Source of the DNA: Pocillopora damicornis
Taxonomy: Eukaryota
Reading direction: 5' to 3'
NCBI RefSeq assembly: GCF_003704095.1
Contig: NW_020845410.1
Coordinates: forward strand, 1,302,001 to 1,366,000
DNA length: 64,000 nt
In this document: in pieces, positions 12,360 to 23,898 of the stretch
Layout: the number at the start of each line of letters is the position of its first letter
How positions within the stretch are numbered: the stretch's first letter is position 1
Translations under genes and position numbers: made by a program
The notes under the pieces: model-generated
The model's input: only the letters and a program-made list of their open reading frames with translations
Databases searched by the model: none
Told to the model about the DNA's origin: nothing

Positions 12360-12553
12360 GAGAAAAATGTCTTTTCGTCCCGTCATGAGCATGGGAAAAA
12401 GAAAAAATTCTGAGTCCCCATGAGGAATCTCAGATCTTCAGATTCCGAGCATCGGAGCGCGGAATCTGAAGGTCTGAGGTTCCATTCGTCATGGGGACTC
12501 AGAATTTTTTTCTTTGTCCCATGCTCGTGAAAGAACGAAAAAGCATCTTTCTC
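12360..12553. mobile_element. Palindromic element built from a tRNA-like module
   Basis: About 85-bp inverted arms (..AAAAAATTCTGAGTCCCCATGAGGAA../..TTCGTCATGGGGACTCAGAATTTTTT..); related copies at 36951-37245 and 47338-47441. Confidence 0.85.
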
Positions 12554-13759
12554 AAAGACAGCAATGTCTGAAAAACGTAAACAAAACCCGGAATTTGAAT
12601 ATGAAATATGCCCAAAACAAAAATACGAAAAAATCCAGAATGTGACGAAAATTTCTATTGTGATTACCGAATAAAAAATATACAAGCGCGGTACACAAAT
12701 AGCCTTGGTTTTTCGAATGTTGCTCGTAAGGGATTTTTTGCAGATTGAAAGTATTAAATATTCATACAGGCACCCATGTTTAACTCAAAAAAAGCCAAGA
12801 TAAATTCATGGGTAATGGTTCCCACTTGTCACTTCGTCGGTAATGAACACCCACACATCTTCACTTTAGAAGAATAAAGAGGAATCAAAAACGACGATAT
12901 TTTTTGCTTTGTGGAACCACTATTTCATCGAGGAAATTAAAAAAGGTAAGCGGTCAATTATAGCTTTTCTAGACGAATAGATAAACGAAATGGCAATCAA
13001 AACAAATTTTCAATTTTCCAGAGAGGTGAAGAGCTGCATATTTGAATAGTAAATGGTAGTGGGTGGACATTTTCTTCAGTCAGTCTCAATTTCATCACTT
13101 TTTGAGGTTTTATTCAAGAATTGGCTCACACTTGTGTGGAGATGGGTTGCCGAACCTTTGGGCGATTTAGCTCGATCAAAAGTAAGGGAAATTGGAAAAG
13201 CTTGCTTGCAAGTTTTGTTAATTAACTGTAAGGAAGGTAAGACCATTATTGAAAGCGTGAAAGAATGTCATTATGACCAACACTGATGGGTCCCGATGTG
13301 TTCTGAGCAGCCGTTCTATAGGAAGCTTTCTCTTGTGGTGAAGTCTTTTAGGATAAATTGGATTTACTGCTTACTCTCCAAAGATTAACAACTGCAAGTC
13401 TGGTTTTTTATTCAGAACCGCCTCTGATTCTTTTTCATCCCAAACAGCTCCCGCACATCTGTTCAACAATTATGTAAATGATAAAGAATGACTCTTTATC
13501 ATCTGTTTATTCAAAGGCGTAGGATGAGCTTTTTCTAACAAAAAACATCCTTGTAGTTGAGAAATTAAAATATCTCATCAAACATTGTGTATCAGCAAAT
13601 ATCTATCTCTGTTACAGCAATTATTGCAAGAAACCGGCCTATCCTTTCATTAGGTTCTTCAATTTAAAAAAATCTTGAGTGAAAGGGAAGACTTCCTATA
13701 AAATCTTCCAGGATGTGTCAAAAATGAGGGAAAATCACTAAATTTAGTTGTTCTGTAAC

Positions 13760-13842
13760 CGAGCGTTAGCTCTTCGCTCTGACAAAGGGCTAAAGCTATA
13801 AACAATTTACATAATGAACTAAGTTGATGGAACCATATTATC
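13760..13842. mobile_element. Degenerate family-B hammerhead fold-back remnant
   Basis: CGAGCGTTAGCTCTTCG followed by CTCTGACAAAGGGCTAA, then a degenerate tail (AATTTACAT..CTAAGTTGAT..ATTATCCTG). Confidence 0.55.
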
Positions 13843-13852
13843 CTGACGTTAT

Positions 13853-15050
13853 TTACAATTTGGTATCCATTACATCTTGTTTAAACATCGGTTCATGGCT
13901 AAAATCGGTTTTTTCTTTCCTTTCATTCCTACTCTTAGCGAGGGTTGCGTTTATAGCTGGCTCTCCTCTGAAACAACAATGAGCCAATGTTCGTCGACGA
14001 AACTCGGGAATTCTTAATGCATAAAGTACTGGATTGACAATTGTTAATCATGTAATAAAATTTCATTCGTACGCGAAAAAAACAGACAATTATCGAGAAG
14101 TTTAATGTGACTAAAGGCAGCCAAGCCAGCAAAGTAATGCCAGATACAAATAACAGTACTATTGTCTTTGTCAAGCGCTTGTTTTGCAAGTCTCTGTTTT
14201 GCTGATGTAAAGCGGCGACACTTCTACTTTGAAACTTTTTCCAAATACCAATGTTACATCCACGTGTCATCAAAATGAGAATCAAAGTATATGGCCCCCG
14301 AATTAACGTGGTGTATTTGTATGAAAGAAGGAGGTTTGATCCAGTGCATATCGCAGAGATAAGACGAGCGAGCATCCATGCTGTAAAAATAACAATACGG
14401 TATACTCGCGTTGATTATGTTCGATGCTTAAACGGCTAGTGTACGGCGTTAAATCTCTCACAGGGTATAAAGGCTGCGAGAAAAAAGGATCAACGATCAT
14501 GTGGGAATTATGGAGAGGTATGTTGCTCTCAAAGCTTTTCGTTAATGTCCATAACTGGAGATTTAATCCAGCTTGGTAAGTGTACATACATGAGGTAAAC
14601 CCACAGCCCCCAACAACAGGTCAGTAAATACCATGTCAAAGGGCCACGAAACAAATGTTTCCTGCAAATATTGACGTTCTTCGCAAAAAGAATAATCACG
14701 TGTAGGTTTCCGGCGACAACTACAACTAATGTTAACATAAAAAACATCACAGAATGCTATGCCGTCTGCCTGTGAGGGAGCATCCTTTGATGAATTAAGA
14801 TCCTCTCTGATACTCATGTCAGCAGCAGATGCATTAACGGCTGTGAATATATGAAAGTCAAATATTTGAACTGCGGATTAAGACGTGAATATGAAAGTGA
14901 TCTTCGCAGTAATAAACACTACTTGAATAGCAGTGAAGATAAGACCTAAAAAAAATTCAGGCTGGTACGAAATTTGTACTGTATCGTTCAAATTTGCAGG
15001 ATATATACCGCAAATTTATATATTTGCGGGATTTGAACTGTATTGTTCAT
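13853..15050 (-). pseudogene. Full-length GPCR pseudogene
   Basis: Homology is split over four ORF-track frames (frameshifts, stops, TM3 and TM7 deletions); ends ..DVMDTKL*; the MNNT start (15050) is separated from the body by a SINE-like insertion. Confidence 0.9.
14836..14979 (-). mobile_element. SINE-like repeat fragment inserted in the first codons of the GPCR pseudogene
   Basis: Interrupts M-N-N-T / S-A-A-D; reverse strand ..GTACCAGCCTGAATTTTTTTTAGGTCTTATCTTCACTGCT.. resembles a tRNA-SINE body downstream of the B-box. Confidence 0.6.
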
Positions 15051-15592
15051 ATTTGCGGGATATATGCCAAGAAGAGGATACTCAGTTAGTGAGGAGGACA
15101 GTACCGTTCTGAATGGATGGTAGAAACCGATGATGAGTAGATACTGAGTAAAAGCAGATGTTGTTTCCCTATACTGATCACCGACCGATTAGGAATACAT
15201 TAGCTGCATTGTGACTTCCTTTTTTTTCTCCTTCGCGGCACATCTGCTCAACCATATGTTGAGGACCGACTCTTCCCAAAACGTCTACAATGAATTTATT
15301 TTCCAACGTGTCTTAGTTGAAATGGCGAATGAATCAAGCGTCACTGAGTATGTTTGCACTGAAATAAAATCATCATTCCCGTAATCATAATCATAATGGT
15401 GGTAGTAACACCAGCTTCTCATTAAAATTTCCTGAGCTAAAGAAATTTTAGATTGTGTTTTGCGCAAGACCACATGTCTTACCGGTTTCAAAGGATTCTT
15501 AGTGCCCTAAAAAAAAAAGGAAAGATAAATAAAAGAAATTATTGGACATAATTGACGTAATTTACAATGAAGTATCCATAATATCTGGTTGT

Positions 15593-16555
15593 TCAGACGC
15601 TAGTTCCGTTCCTCTCGTTCCTGATGTTAGGAAGCGCTGTGTTCAAAGCTGGCTCTCTTCCGAGACGACAAGAAGTCAGAGCTCGTCGAAACTCGGCGAC
15701 TCTCAATGCATAAACGAACGGATTGACAAGAGAGTTAGAGTAGTTGAAAAGGTTTACCATGGGATAAAATTTCCAATCTATAGGTAAAAATCCCAAAATT
15801 ATTAAGAAGTTTGTTATGACTAAAGGCAGCCAAGCCAGCAAAGTAAAGCCAGACACAAATAACAATGTCTTTGTTAAGCGCTTGTTTTGCAAGTCTCCGT
15901 TTTGCTGATGTGAAGCAGAGGCAATTCCACCTTTAAATTTTCTCCAGATACCAATATAACAGCCACATATGATAAAAATGAGAAGAAAAATATATGGCCC
16001 CCAAATCATCCCGGTGTATTTGTATGAAAGAAGGAGGTTTGATCCAATCAATAACGCAGAAATAAGGAGAGCAAGGAGCCACAATACAAAAATAACAATG
16101 CGGTATGTTCGCGTTGACAATGTTTTATGCTTAAACGGCCGATATATGGCATGGAATCTCTCACAGGATATGAAGGCTGCAGAAATAAGTGAGGCTTGCG
16201 AGAAGAAAGTATCAACAGTCTGGAAGAGAATATGGAGCCACGTAAGGGTGCTAAAGCTTTCCGTTAGGGTCCACAGTCCGAAATTGAAGCCGACATAGCA
16301 ACTGTATATAGGTAAGCTCACAGCTCCTAACAGCAGGTCAGCAGACGCTAAGTTGACAGCTAGAAAGAAATGCTTCTTGCGAATATTTCTTTTCATCGCA
16401 AAAAGGACAATCGTTAGCGTGTTTCCTGCGACAGTTAAAACAGAAGTCAATATGAGTGCACTGAAGGATACGATGCCTTCTGTCTTGGAGGTAGCATCCT
16501 TTGATGAACTTTGATCGTTTGTTTGGCTGACATTAGCTGCAGATGTATTGTTCAT
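15593..16555 (-). CDS. Intronless class A GPCR, 320 aa (C-tail frameshifted)
   Basis: GN, LASAD, CERF, AWLP, NPFVY; ancestral tail ELASEQPDIMDTSL* lies out of frame to about 15562. Confidence 0.93.
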   Translation of the reverse strand: MNNTSAANVSQTNDQSSSKDATSKTEGIVSFSALILTSVLTVAGNTLTIVLFAMKRNIRKKHFFLAVNLASADLLLGAVSLPIYSCYVGFNFGLWTLTESFSTLTWLHILFQTVDTFFSQASLISAAFISCERFHAIYRPFKHKTLSTRTYRIVIFVLWLLALLISALLIGSNLLLSYKYTGMIWGPYIFLLIFIICGCYIGIWRKFKGGIASASHQQNGDLQNKRLTKTLLFVSGFTLLAWLPLVITNFLIILGFLPIDWKFYPMVNLFNYSNSLVNPFVYALRVAEFRRALTSCRLGREPALNTALPNIRNERNGTSV

Positions 16556-16934
16556 TTTGCCAGTTTATACTTAAACTCGATAAAAAGGAAAAGAACCGCA
16601 GTATATATTGGATAGGAAGTAACCGAGTTACAGCAATCGTCGTGTTTTCCTTCAGTTTTCCGTTCGCCGAACAATTAGGGATGTGCTGTAAGCTGGACTT
16701 CAGCTGCATGGTAGAGATCATTTAAATTAAAATTGAATTCTAATTGTCAAACTTTAATAACTGCGCTTCTTGATAGTCTCCAATCAACCTTTAGACAGCT
16801 GGTAGCCTCTTCATTCGAAAAGCCGCCAATGTATGCGTATTATTTAAGGTAACTGGTAGAGAAGGGAAGATACTCCTCATCTTGTTGCTATCTAAGTTCC
16901 CGATCCGTCTGGTCCACAGCTGAAAATCGAAGCC

Positions 16935-17003
16935 GCCGACATCTTAAATGAATAAAGGTAAATTCGTGGCCGACATCTTAAATGAAAAAAGTTAAACTCG
17001 TGG
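16935..17003. repeat. 34-bp tandem duplication
   Basis: GCCGACATCTTAAATGAAtAAAGgTAAAtTCGTG x2. Confidence 0.85.
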
Positions 17004-17090
17004 CTCCCAACAACAGGTCAGCAAATGAATGGGTAGAAACAAATGTTTCTTGCAAAAACGTTTTTCTTCGTAAAAAAAAGAATTATTATG
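17002..17090 (-). pseudogene. GPCR ICL1-TM2 remnant
   Basis: Reverse strand encodes ..KKHLFLP../..FADLLLGA, aligning to paralog TM2. Confidence 0.65.
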
Positions 17091-18276
17091 TTCGTAATAC
17101 TTCACTTAGAAACCATTGGTAATGGCGTGGAAATTAAACTCCTCTTAAATTTATCGCCGGTGCGTTGGTTATACTCTTTATCATATATATGTAAAACGTC
17201 CATGTTGAGTTTCTTTCCAGTGTCAAACATTGTTATTTATCAATTCCTCACCAAACATTGTGTATCATCAAATCTCACTCACGGTTACCTCGACCATAAC
17301 TAGAAACCGGCGTATCCCTGCGTGATATGTCTTCGTATAAAATGTTTCAAGGAGCGTCAAAAATAAGGGAATATCACAATATTCTGGAACTTTGCTCATT
17401 ACAGTGGCCGTTTGAATTAGCATAAACACACCATAAAAATTATTATAATATTTTGCGTTTTTCTGAGACTGCCAAAACCGATTCCACGGATCATTTTCGG
17501 TCTCCTCTTGAGGCAAACGCTGCAGTCACACGTTCAGCTGAAGAAGTTTCAGGCTGCTTCATCACCAAGACAACAAATCTAACCGGTAACGATTGGCGAA
17601 TCTGTTCTTAAAGACACAGTCCCTTGCCTGCTATTGATTGCCGATTTGTTAGCTTATTTTCCCTGCATCACACGAATTGGAAACACATCTGAATACCATA
17701 ACTCATGAACCGTTCAGTTCATTAGCATAACCGCCAACATCCCAAAAGTGCACCGATAAACTATACTGATTTATTGAGACGTATAACAATATACATATGA
17801 AAAGGTGTTAAGAAGCTTCCAGATGACAATCATATAAAACTTTCTAGCGGTAGTTTGGAATATTATTTTTATTTACACTTTACTACAATAAACCCAACCG
17901 TTTTTATCATCAAATTAAATGTTAATCGAGATAAATAGAAACATGAAACCATACGCATATATAGAATACTTTTACTTCGATTTCTAACAACTGAAATCGA
18001 GGATGATCCAAGGCAATCGTAACTAAGAAAGTGAATTATTTTTGGAGGGCTATTGGAGACATTGGATTGTTCTATTGGAAATAGATTCATCACCATCATC
18101 ATTATCATCATCATTCAAAGTATTACTAGGCTTTCGACAAAAATTCCCGATAAGATAAATTTACTTGTGTTTCGCGTAAGACTTCAATGTATTTTCAACT
18201 GTATTAAAAAAAAAAAAAAAGAGAAAAATTACAAAGATAAAAAAAAAACATCAGCGCTAAACATAACTGACGTGAT

Positions 18277-19290
18277 TTACAATGCGGTATCCATCTCATT
18301 TTGATGTTTAAGCGCCAGTTCATGGCTGATATCAGTTGTTCCTGTCCTCTCATTCGTAATTTTGTCAAGCGTCGTGTTTAGAGCTGGCTGTTTACCAAAA
18401 CAACATGAATGAAGAGCTTGTCGAAACTCGGGAATTCTTAATGCATAAACAACTGGATTGATCAAAGAGTTGAAGTAGTTGAAAAGGTTTACCATGTGAT
18501 AAAGTTTCCAATGAACAGGTACCGACCAAACAAAGATCAGAAAGTTCAATATCATTACAGGCAGCCAAGCCAGCAAAGTAAGGCCAGATACAAATAGCAA
18601 CGTCTTTGTTAAGCGCTTGTTTTGCAAGTCTCTGTTTTGCTGATGTGAAGCGGAGACACTTCCATTTTGAAACTTTCTCCAAATAGCAAGGTTACATCCA
18701 CACATGATTAAAATGAGAATGAAAACACATGGCGCCAAAAAAGTCGTAGCCGGCGAGAAAGTAAATACGAAGGTTAAGACTGTCCAGATCGCAGAAGCAA
18801 GGAGAGCGAGTATCCACACAACAAAAATGATAATGCCGTACGCTCGCTTTGATAAAGTTCGGTGCTTAAACGGCCAATATACGGCGTAAAATCTCTCGCA
18901 GGATATGAAGGCGGCAGAGATAAGTGACGCTTGCGCGAAGGCTGTATCAACTATCATGAAGAAAATGTCGAGAGGCTTCTTGCTCGTAAAACTTTCCGTT
19001 ATGGTCCACAGGTGGAAAGTAAAGCCGACATGGTAAATATATAGAGGTAAAACTACAGCTCCTAACATCAGGTCAGCAAATGCCATGTTGACAGGTAGAA
19101 ACACATGTTTCTTACGATTACTTTTGCTCTTCGTAAAAATAATAATCGTGAGTAAGTTTCCCGCGACAGTTAAAACAAATGTCAATATAAATGCAGTACA
19201 CCATGCAATGCCTTCTGCCTTGGAGGGAGCATTTTCGGATAATCTATGGTCGTTTGTTCGGCTGACATTAGCAGCAGATGTGTTGTTCAT
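18277..19290 (-). CDS. Intronless class A GPCR, 337 aa
   Basis: GN, MAFAD, CERF, AWLP, NPVVY; ends DTAL. Confidence 0.95.
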   Translation of the reverse strand: MNNTSAANVSRTNDHRLSENAPSKAEGIAWCTAFILTFVLTVAGNLLTIIIFTKSKSNRKKHVFLPVNMAFADLMLGAVVLPLYIYHVGFTFHLWTITESFTSKKPLDIFFMIVDTAFAQASLISAAFISCERFYAVYWPFKHRTLSKRAYGIIIFVVWILALLASAIWTVLTFVFTFSPATTFLAPCVFILILIMCGCNLAIWRKFQNGSVSASHQQNRDLQNKRLTKTLLFVSGLTLLAWLPVMILNFLIFVWSVPVHWKLYHMVNLFNYFNSLINPVVYALRIPEFRQALHSCCFGKQPALNTTLDKITNERTGTTDISHELALKHQNEMDTAL

Positions 19291-19952
19291 TTTAAGACTT
19301 TATGTTAAAGCTCGATGATATTGAAATAGCAAGGAGAGTACACCAGTATTAAATGAATAGAAACAAATTTACAGCAAGTGTTGATTCAATGTGACTGCCT
19401 ATCAATAACAAAGACCGCTTGAATTTACCTTGGCTCGAACTGTCAAATATTAGCACTGATCTACCTCTATTGACATTCTCAAATCAAATCAAATTCTACG
19501 AGCAGCTGATTACCTTCTCGTTTGAGAAGCTGCCAATAAATTCTTAGTATTCATCATAACCGGTATAGAAATGAAATTACTCTTTATCAAACCATATTTC
19601 GTTTAGACGTGGTCGAACAGTTTAATCGAATCCTCATAAAATGATTCGTTCCCTAAATGCCGCCGACGGAGCAATAATTTTAGAAAAAATAGTAGTGTAC
19701 GAAGGTAAAAAAAAAATTAAATATATTTGAATAGAGTGTAATGGAAGCAAGGGAAGGCAATAATGGTATTTTGAGGTAATCCAAAAAAAAAAACCAATAA
19801 CAATAGAAATAAAAAAATTAATTAAATGATAATTCCAAATGCATAACAAAATAAGAGTAACCTAAAAGGAAGAACATAACTCCCAAGTGTTTTAACTAAT
19901 AGTTCAGAGTCAGATTCTCCCATTCTGTATACATGGCCAGTTTTATCTTAAT

Positions 19953-19955
19953 AAA

Positions 19956-20000
<45 letters not shown>

Positions 20001-20196
20001 TATAGCAGGTAATGTAGTGTTAACAACTGGGTTGAAAACGTAAATTAGCCACCGTAAAGGGTAAAAAAGCTGACGTTTCGAGCGTTAGCCCTTCGTTGAG
20101 CGATTTCTAACGAAGGGCTAACTCTCGAAACGTCAGCTTTTTTACCCTTTACGGTGGCTAATTTACGTTTTCAACCCAGTTGTTAACACTAAATTA
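19953..20196 (-). mobile_element. Fold-back Penelope-type insertion (family B) with two opposed hammerhead motifs
   Basis: Direct repeat CCAGTTTTATCTTAAT (19937-19952, 20197-20212); about 90-bp near-perfect inverted arms (20008-20097, 20109-20198), each with ..ACGA-AGGGCTAAC(G/T)CTC-GAAACGTC-AGC; unique tail 19953-20007 also occurs inverted at about 37292-37348. Confidence 0.9.
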
Positions 20197-21243
20197 CCAG
20201 TTTTATCTTAATTTGAAACATCGAGGCGGTAGAATCTGAAATCGTGAAAGATTTTGAAAAGCATTAGCACAAGCTATGACAAGCATTGTAAAAATATGGC
20301 GAGTGGTCTCATTAACGCAGCAGGCATTATTGTCAGCAAAAGCGAATTTGTTAATTAAACGACCTGAAAGAAGACCCTGCGGAAAGCTTGCGGCACTGAA
20401 TCTTTACGCTTAACATATTCTAACCTTAAAAGCTGAAAAAAAAAACACAACATTCAAACCAGCTTTGCAATAGCGGTTGAACAATTTTCATAATTAGTTT
20501 TTTTAATAGCAGGTTACGAAGGTAAGCTTTATTTCAAATAGGACCCGTTTTAACTTCTATATCGCATACACTCATGGTTAAAAAGTGAATGCGCACATTT
20601 AGCTATTTCTTGAACTCAAGCTATCTTTGATTATTTTTATAAAAGTATTTCTCGAAAGGGAGAAGATGGCAAACGAAACGTTGATTAAGGATCTGTAGCC
20701 GTGTGATTAGGCCTTTGGACCTCCCAAGTTTTAGGCCAGTCCACTCTCCCGACCCACAGGAAGCCGGTCTTTATTGTCTGAACAGTTCACGCATCTGTCA
20801 TTCCCAGTTCAATTTGGATAGCTTTTTTTCTGTCGTTGAGTAACCAACTGTTCAAATTTTGCATGTTTGGTGGGAAATTAGGAATCCTCATACGTTGCTT
20901 GAATGGATCTTCGTTGTTCAGAATCGCCATTTTCCGTCGCTCCCTCCTTTCCGAACTTAGAAAGCCTTCTCAAGGGAGATTTCATACGTTTATTGCACGT
21001 GTGTCCTTGGCATGCCGAGATTTACATTCTGACTCAGATGAGATTCCTCTCTATTTTTGGAAAAGCATGGACTATGTGATCTAAAAAGACCTTACAAATA
21101 CTCTTTCAAAGGAAAATACCAAACTTGAAGAATTCGTTAGTTTAAGGTAGCAATGTTCCAGGTACAGCTTTTTATCAGTTCTGCGTGAACGCATATGACC
21201 ATGACCACTTCTGTCAGCCATATGCATCACAGCGGCATTGTCG

Positions 21244-22185
21244 TTATTTCACTGACTCATTGTTATTTCTTGTCACTTGTTTTCTGAAACAGCACATAAA
21301 CAGCCTTAGACGAAACTCAGGAATTCGAAATGCATATACAACTGGATTGACAAAAGAATTTGAATAATTCAAAATGTTTACTACGTGATAGGCCTTTCTT
21401 GTTACTGGGACATGACATACAACGATTAAAAAATTGGTAATGATTAAAGGCAACCACGACATCAAAGCAAACGCTGATACAAACAACAATGTCTTTGTTA
21501 ATCTTTTGTTTAGGGAGTGCCTGTGTTGCTGCCGTGAAGCAACACCTCCACGCTGGAACTTTCGCCAAATGCTGAAATTGCAGCCACATACAATTAAGGT
21601 AAGCATCAATATGTATGGCGTCCAAATATAAAACGCGTGTTTGTACGAGATCAGTTTACTTAATCCAGTCCATTGTACCGCAGATATGATAGCAGCGAGG
21701 ATCCACACCATAAAAATGGTAACTCGGTAGGCTATGGACGAAAGGGCTCTATGTTTTAAGGGTCTATATATGGCGTAAAATCTCTCACAGGATATAATAA
21801 CGGCGGAAATAAGTGACGCCTGAGAGAAAACTGTATCCACGATTATATGTAAATTAGAGAAAGACTCATTTTTCCACAATTCTCCTGCATGTTCCGACCA
21901 AAGATGAAAATTGCCTCCTACTAAATAAGTATATACAGGTAAAGTCACACCTCCTAACATCAAGTCCGCAAAAGCCATATTGATGACAAGAAAGAAAGTC
22001 TTCTTGTGCAGTCTTTTGTTGAACGCAAAGAGGACGATAGTCATTAAGTTTCCAAGCACGATGAGGATACAAACAGATACCAAGGCAATACACAAGGCAA
22101 TACCTACTATCCTAGAGCTATCAATCGCTGAAGAACCACAAGTAGTCCTCAAAAGGTCCGTGTCAGCTGCCAATGTGTTGTTCAT
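21244..22185 (-). CDS. Intronless class A GPCR, about 313 aa
   Basis: Start placed at the MNNT ATG (track start 22239 is GTG); GN, MAFAD, CERF, SWLP, NPVVY; short tail without DTxL. Confidence 0.93.
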   Translation of the reverse strand: MNNTLAADTDLLRTTCGSSAIDSSRIVGIALCIALVSVCILIVLGNLMTIVLFAFNKRLHKKTFFLVINMAFADLMLGGVTLPVYTYLVGGNFHLWSEHAGELWKNESFSNLHIIVDTVFSQASLISAVIISCERFYAIYRPLKHRALSSIAYRVTIFMVWILAAIISAVQWTGLSKLISYKHAFYIWTPYILMLTLIVCGCNFSIWRKFQRGGVASRQQHRHSLNKRLTKTLLFVSAFALMSWLPLIITNFLIVVCHVPVTRKAYHVVNILNYSNSFVNPVVYAFRIPEFRLRLFMCCFRKQVTRNNNESVK

Positions 22186-22875
22186 TTTTGCAAGTTTGTT
22201 TTCCTTTTTCTTTACCTGACAATAAACTGTTGTTTTCACTTCTTACAGAGCGTTATGAATACATTGAACCAACACCTGTCGCCGCAGCAATGTTTAACAG
22301 GTTATAACAAGGATTAAGTAAAAAAAAGGGTTAATATTTCTCAGCTTTACTAGCCAATAGGCGTTGCACAATATCCAACACTTTTAATTAATGTTAATAT
22401 ACTAAACCCCTGTTAAATTCTGAGATCGCAGTGCCGACTAAGCCTACAAAGCGGTCAAAAGCGGAACGTTTATGCCGGCTTCGAGTGACTTAAGGACTAT
22501 TGATAGGGAAATAAGGACACCAAGTCTTAATTAGTCACAATTCTAAGTACTCGTGTGTAATTTTGGATAATTACATCTAACACAGCATAAGTTAAGTAAC
22601 TCTACAGGCCTCATTGCAGCCAGATAATCACATGAACTCGCTTCATTTATCAGTGCGAATTTTTTGTAATCATTGTCAGTAAAGAAATCAACAACTAAAG
22701 CAACAGTGATATTTAAATAAATCCTTGAAAATCATCTTTCGGTTGGTAGTATTTTCGTTAACCTTCTTTTTTTTTTTTTTTTTTCAATTCAGCCCTCCTC
22801 TTCCGACTTTATAAAGCAGGTGTTATTGAAACCAAAGAAAATGCCGCTGATCAACTTAAGATGCCGGGACATCAG

Positions 22876-23898
22876 TTATAACTGCGTATCGATTACTTCT
22901 TGTTCAAACGCCAATTCGTGAATAAAGGTAGCTGCCGAGTGCAAATCCACACTCCTTATTAAATCGTTTGCGTGCTGCCTGTAATTTCTTTCCCTGCAGA
23001 TACAAAAGCGAGCCATCGCGTGTCGAAACTCTGCAATTCTCAGTACGTAGACCACTGGATTGACAAAAGAGTTGAAGTAGTTGAAAAGGTTTACCACGAG
23101 GTAGAATTTCTGCTGCACAGGAAATAACCAGACGTACCTCAAGAAGTTTAATATAACTAAAGGCAACCAAGCCAGCAAAGTAAGACCAGATACAAATAAC
23201 AATGTCTTTGTTAAGCGCTTGTTTTGTAAGTCTCTGTTTTGACGATGTGAAACGGCGACACATCCCCTTTGAAACTTTTTCCAAATACAAATGTTACAGC
23301 CACAAGTAGTTAACGTGAGAATCAGTGTATATGGCCCCCAAATTAACATCGTGTGTTTGGACGAAAATAGAATATTTGATCCTGTCCATACTGCAGAGAT
23401 AAGGAGAGCGAGCAGCCATGCTGTAAAAATAACAATATGGTATACTCGCGCCGATAATGTCCGATACTTAAACGGCCAGTATATTGCGTAAAATCTCTCA
23501 CACGATATGAAGGCTGCGGAAATAAGCGAGGCTTGTGAGAAGACTGTATCAACAATCATGAAGGAAACAGTTAACGGCCTGTTGCTCCACAGTCCCCAAG
23601 TCCCGTCCGTCCACAACCGGAAATAGATGCCCACATCGTAAATGAAAATAGGCAAACTCACGGCTCCTACAAGCAGATCAGCATATGCCATATTGATGAC
23701 CAAAAAAAGACTTTTCTTGCGAATTTTCTTGTTCGTAACAAAGAGAACAATTGTAAGAATGTTTCCTGAGACTACTAAGACAAAGGTGACTATAAAGGCA
23801 GTGCTCCAGGCGATTCCCTCTGCCCTGAAGTGACCATTCATCGATAAATTTGGTTGGTTATTTTTCATGTGAAAATTACCAAGGGAAATATTGTTCAT
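22876..23898 (-). CDS. Intronless class A GPCR, 340 aa
   Basis: GN, MAYAD, CERF, AWLP, NPVVY; ends DTQL. Confidence 0.95.
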   Translation of the reverse strand: MNNISLGNFHMKNNQPNLSMNGHFRAEGIAWSTAFIVTFVLVVSGNILTIVLFVTNKKIRKKSLFLVINMAYADLLVGAVSLPIFIYDVGIYFRLWTDGTWGLWSNRPLTVSFMIVDTVFSQASLISAAFISCERFYAIYWPFKYRTLSARVYHIVIFTAWLLALLISAVWTGSNILFSSKHTMLIWGPYTLILTLTTCGCNICIWKKFQRGCVAVSHRQNRDLQNKRLTKTLLFVSGLTLLAWLPLVILNFLRYVWLFPVQQKFYLVVNLFNYFNSFVNPVVYVLRIAEFRHAMARFCICRERNYRQHANDLIRSVDLHSAATFIHELAFEQEVIDTQL

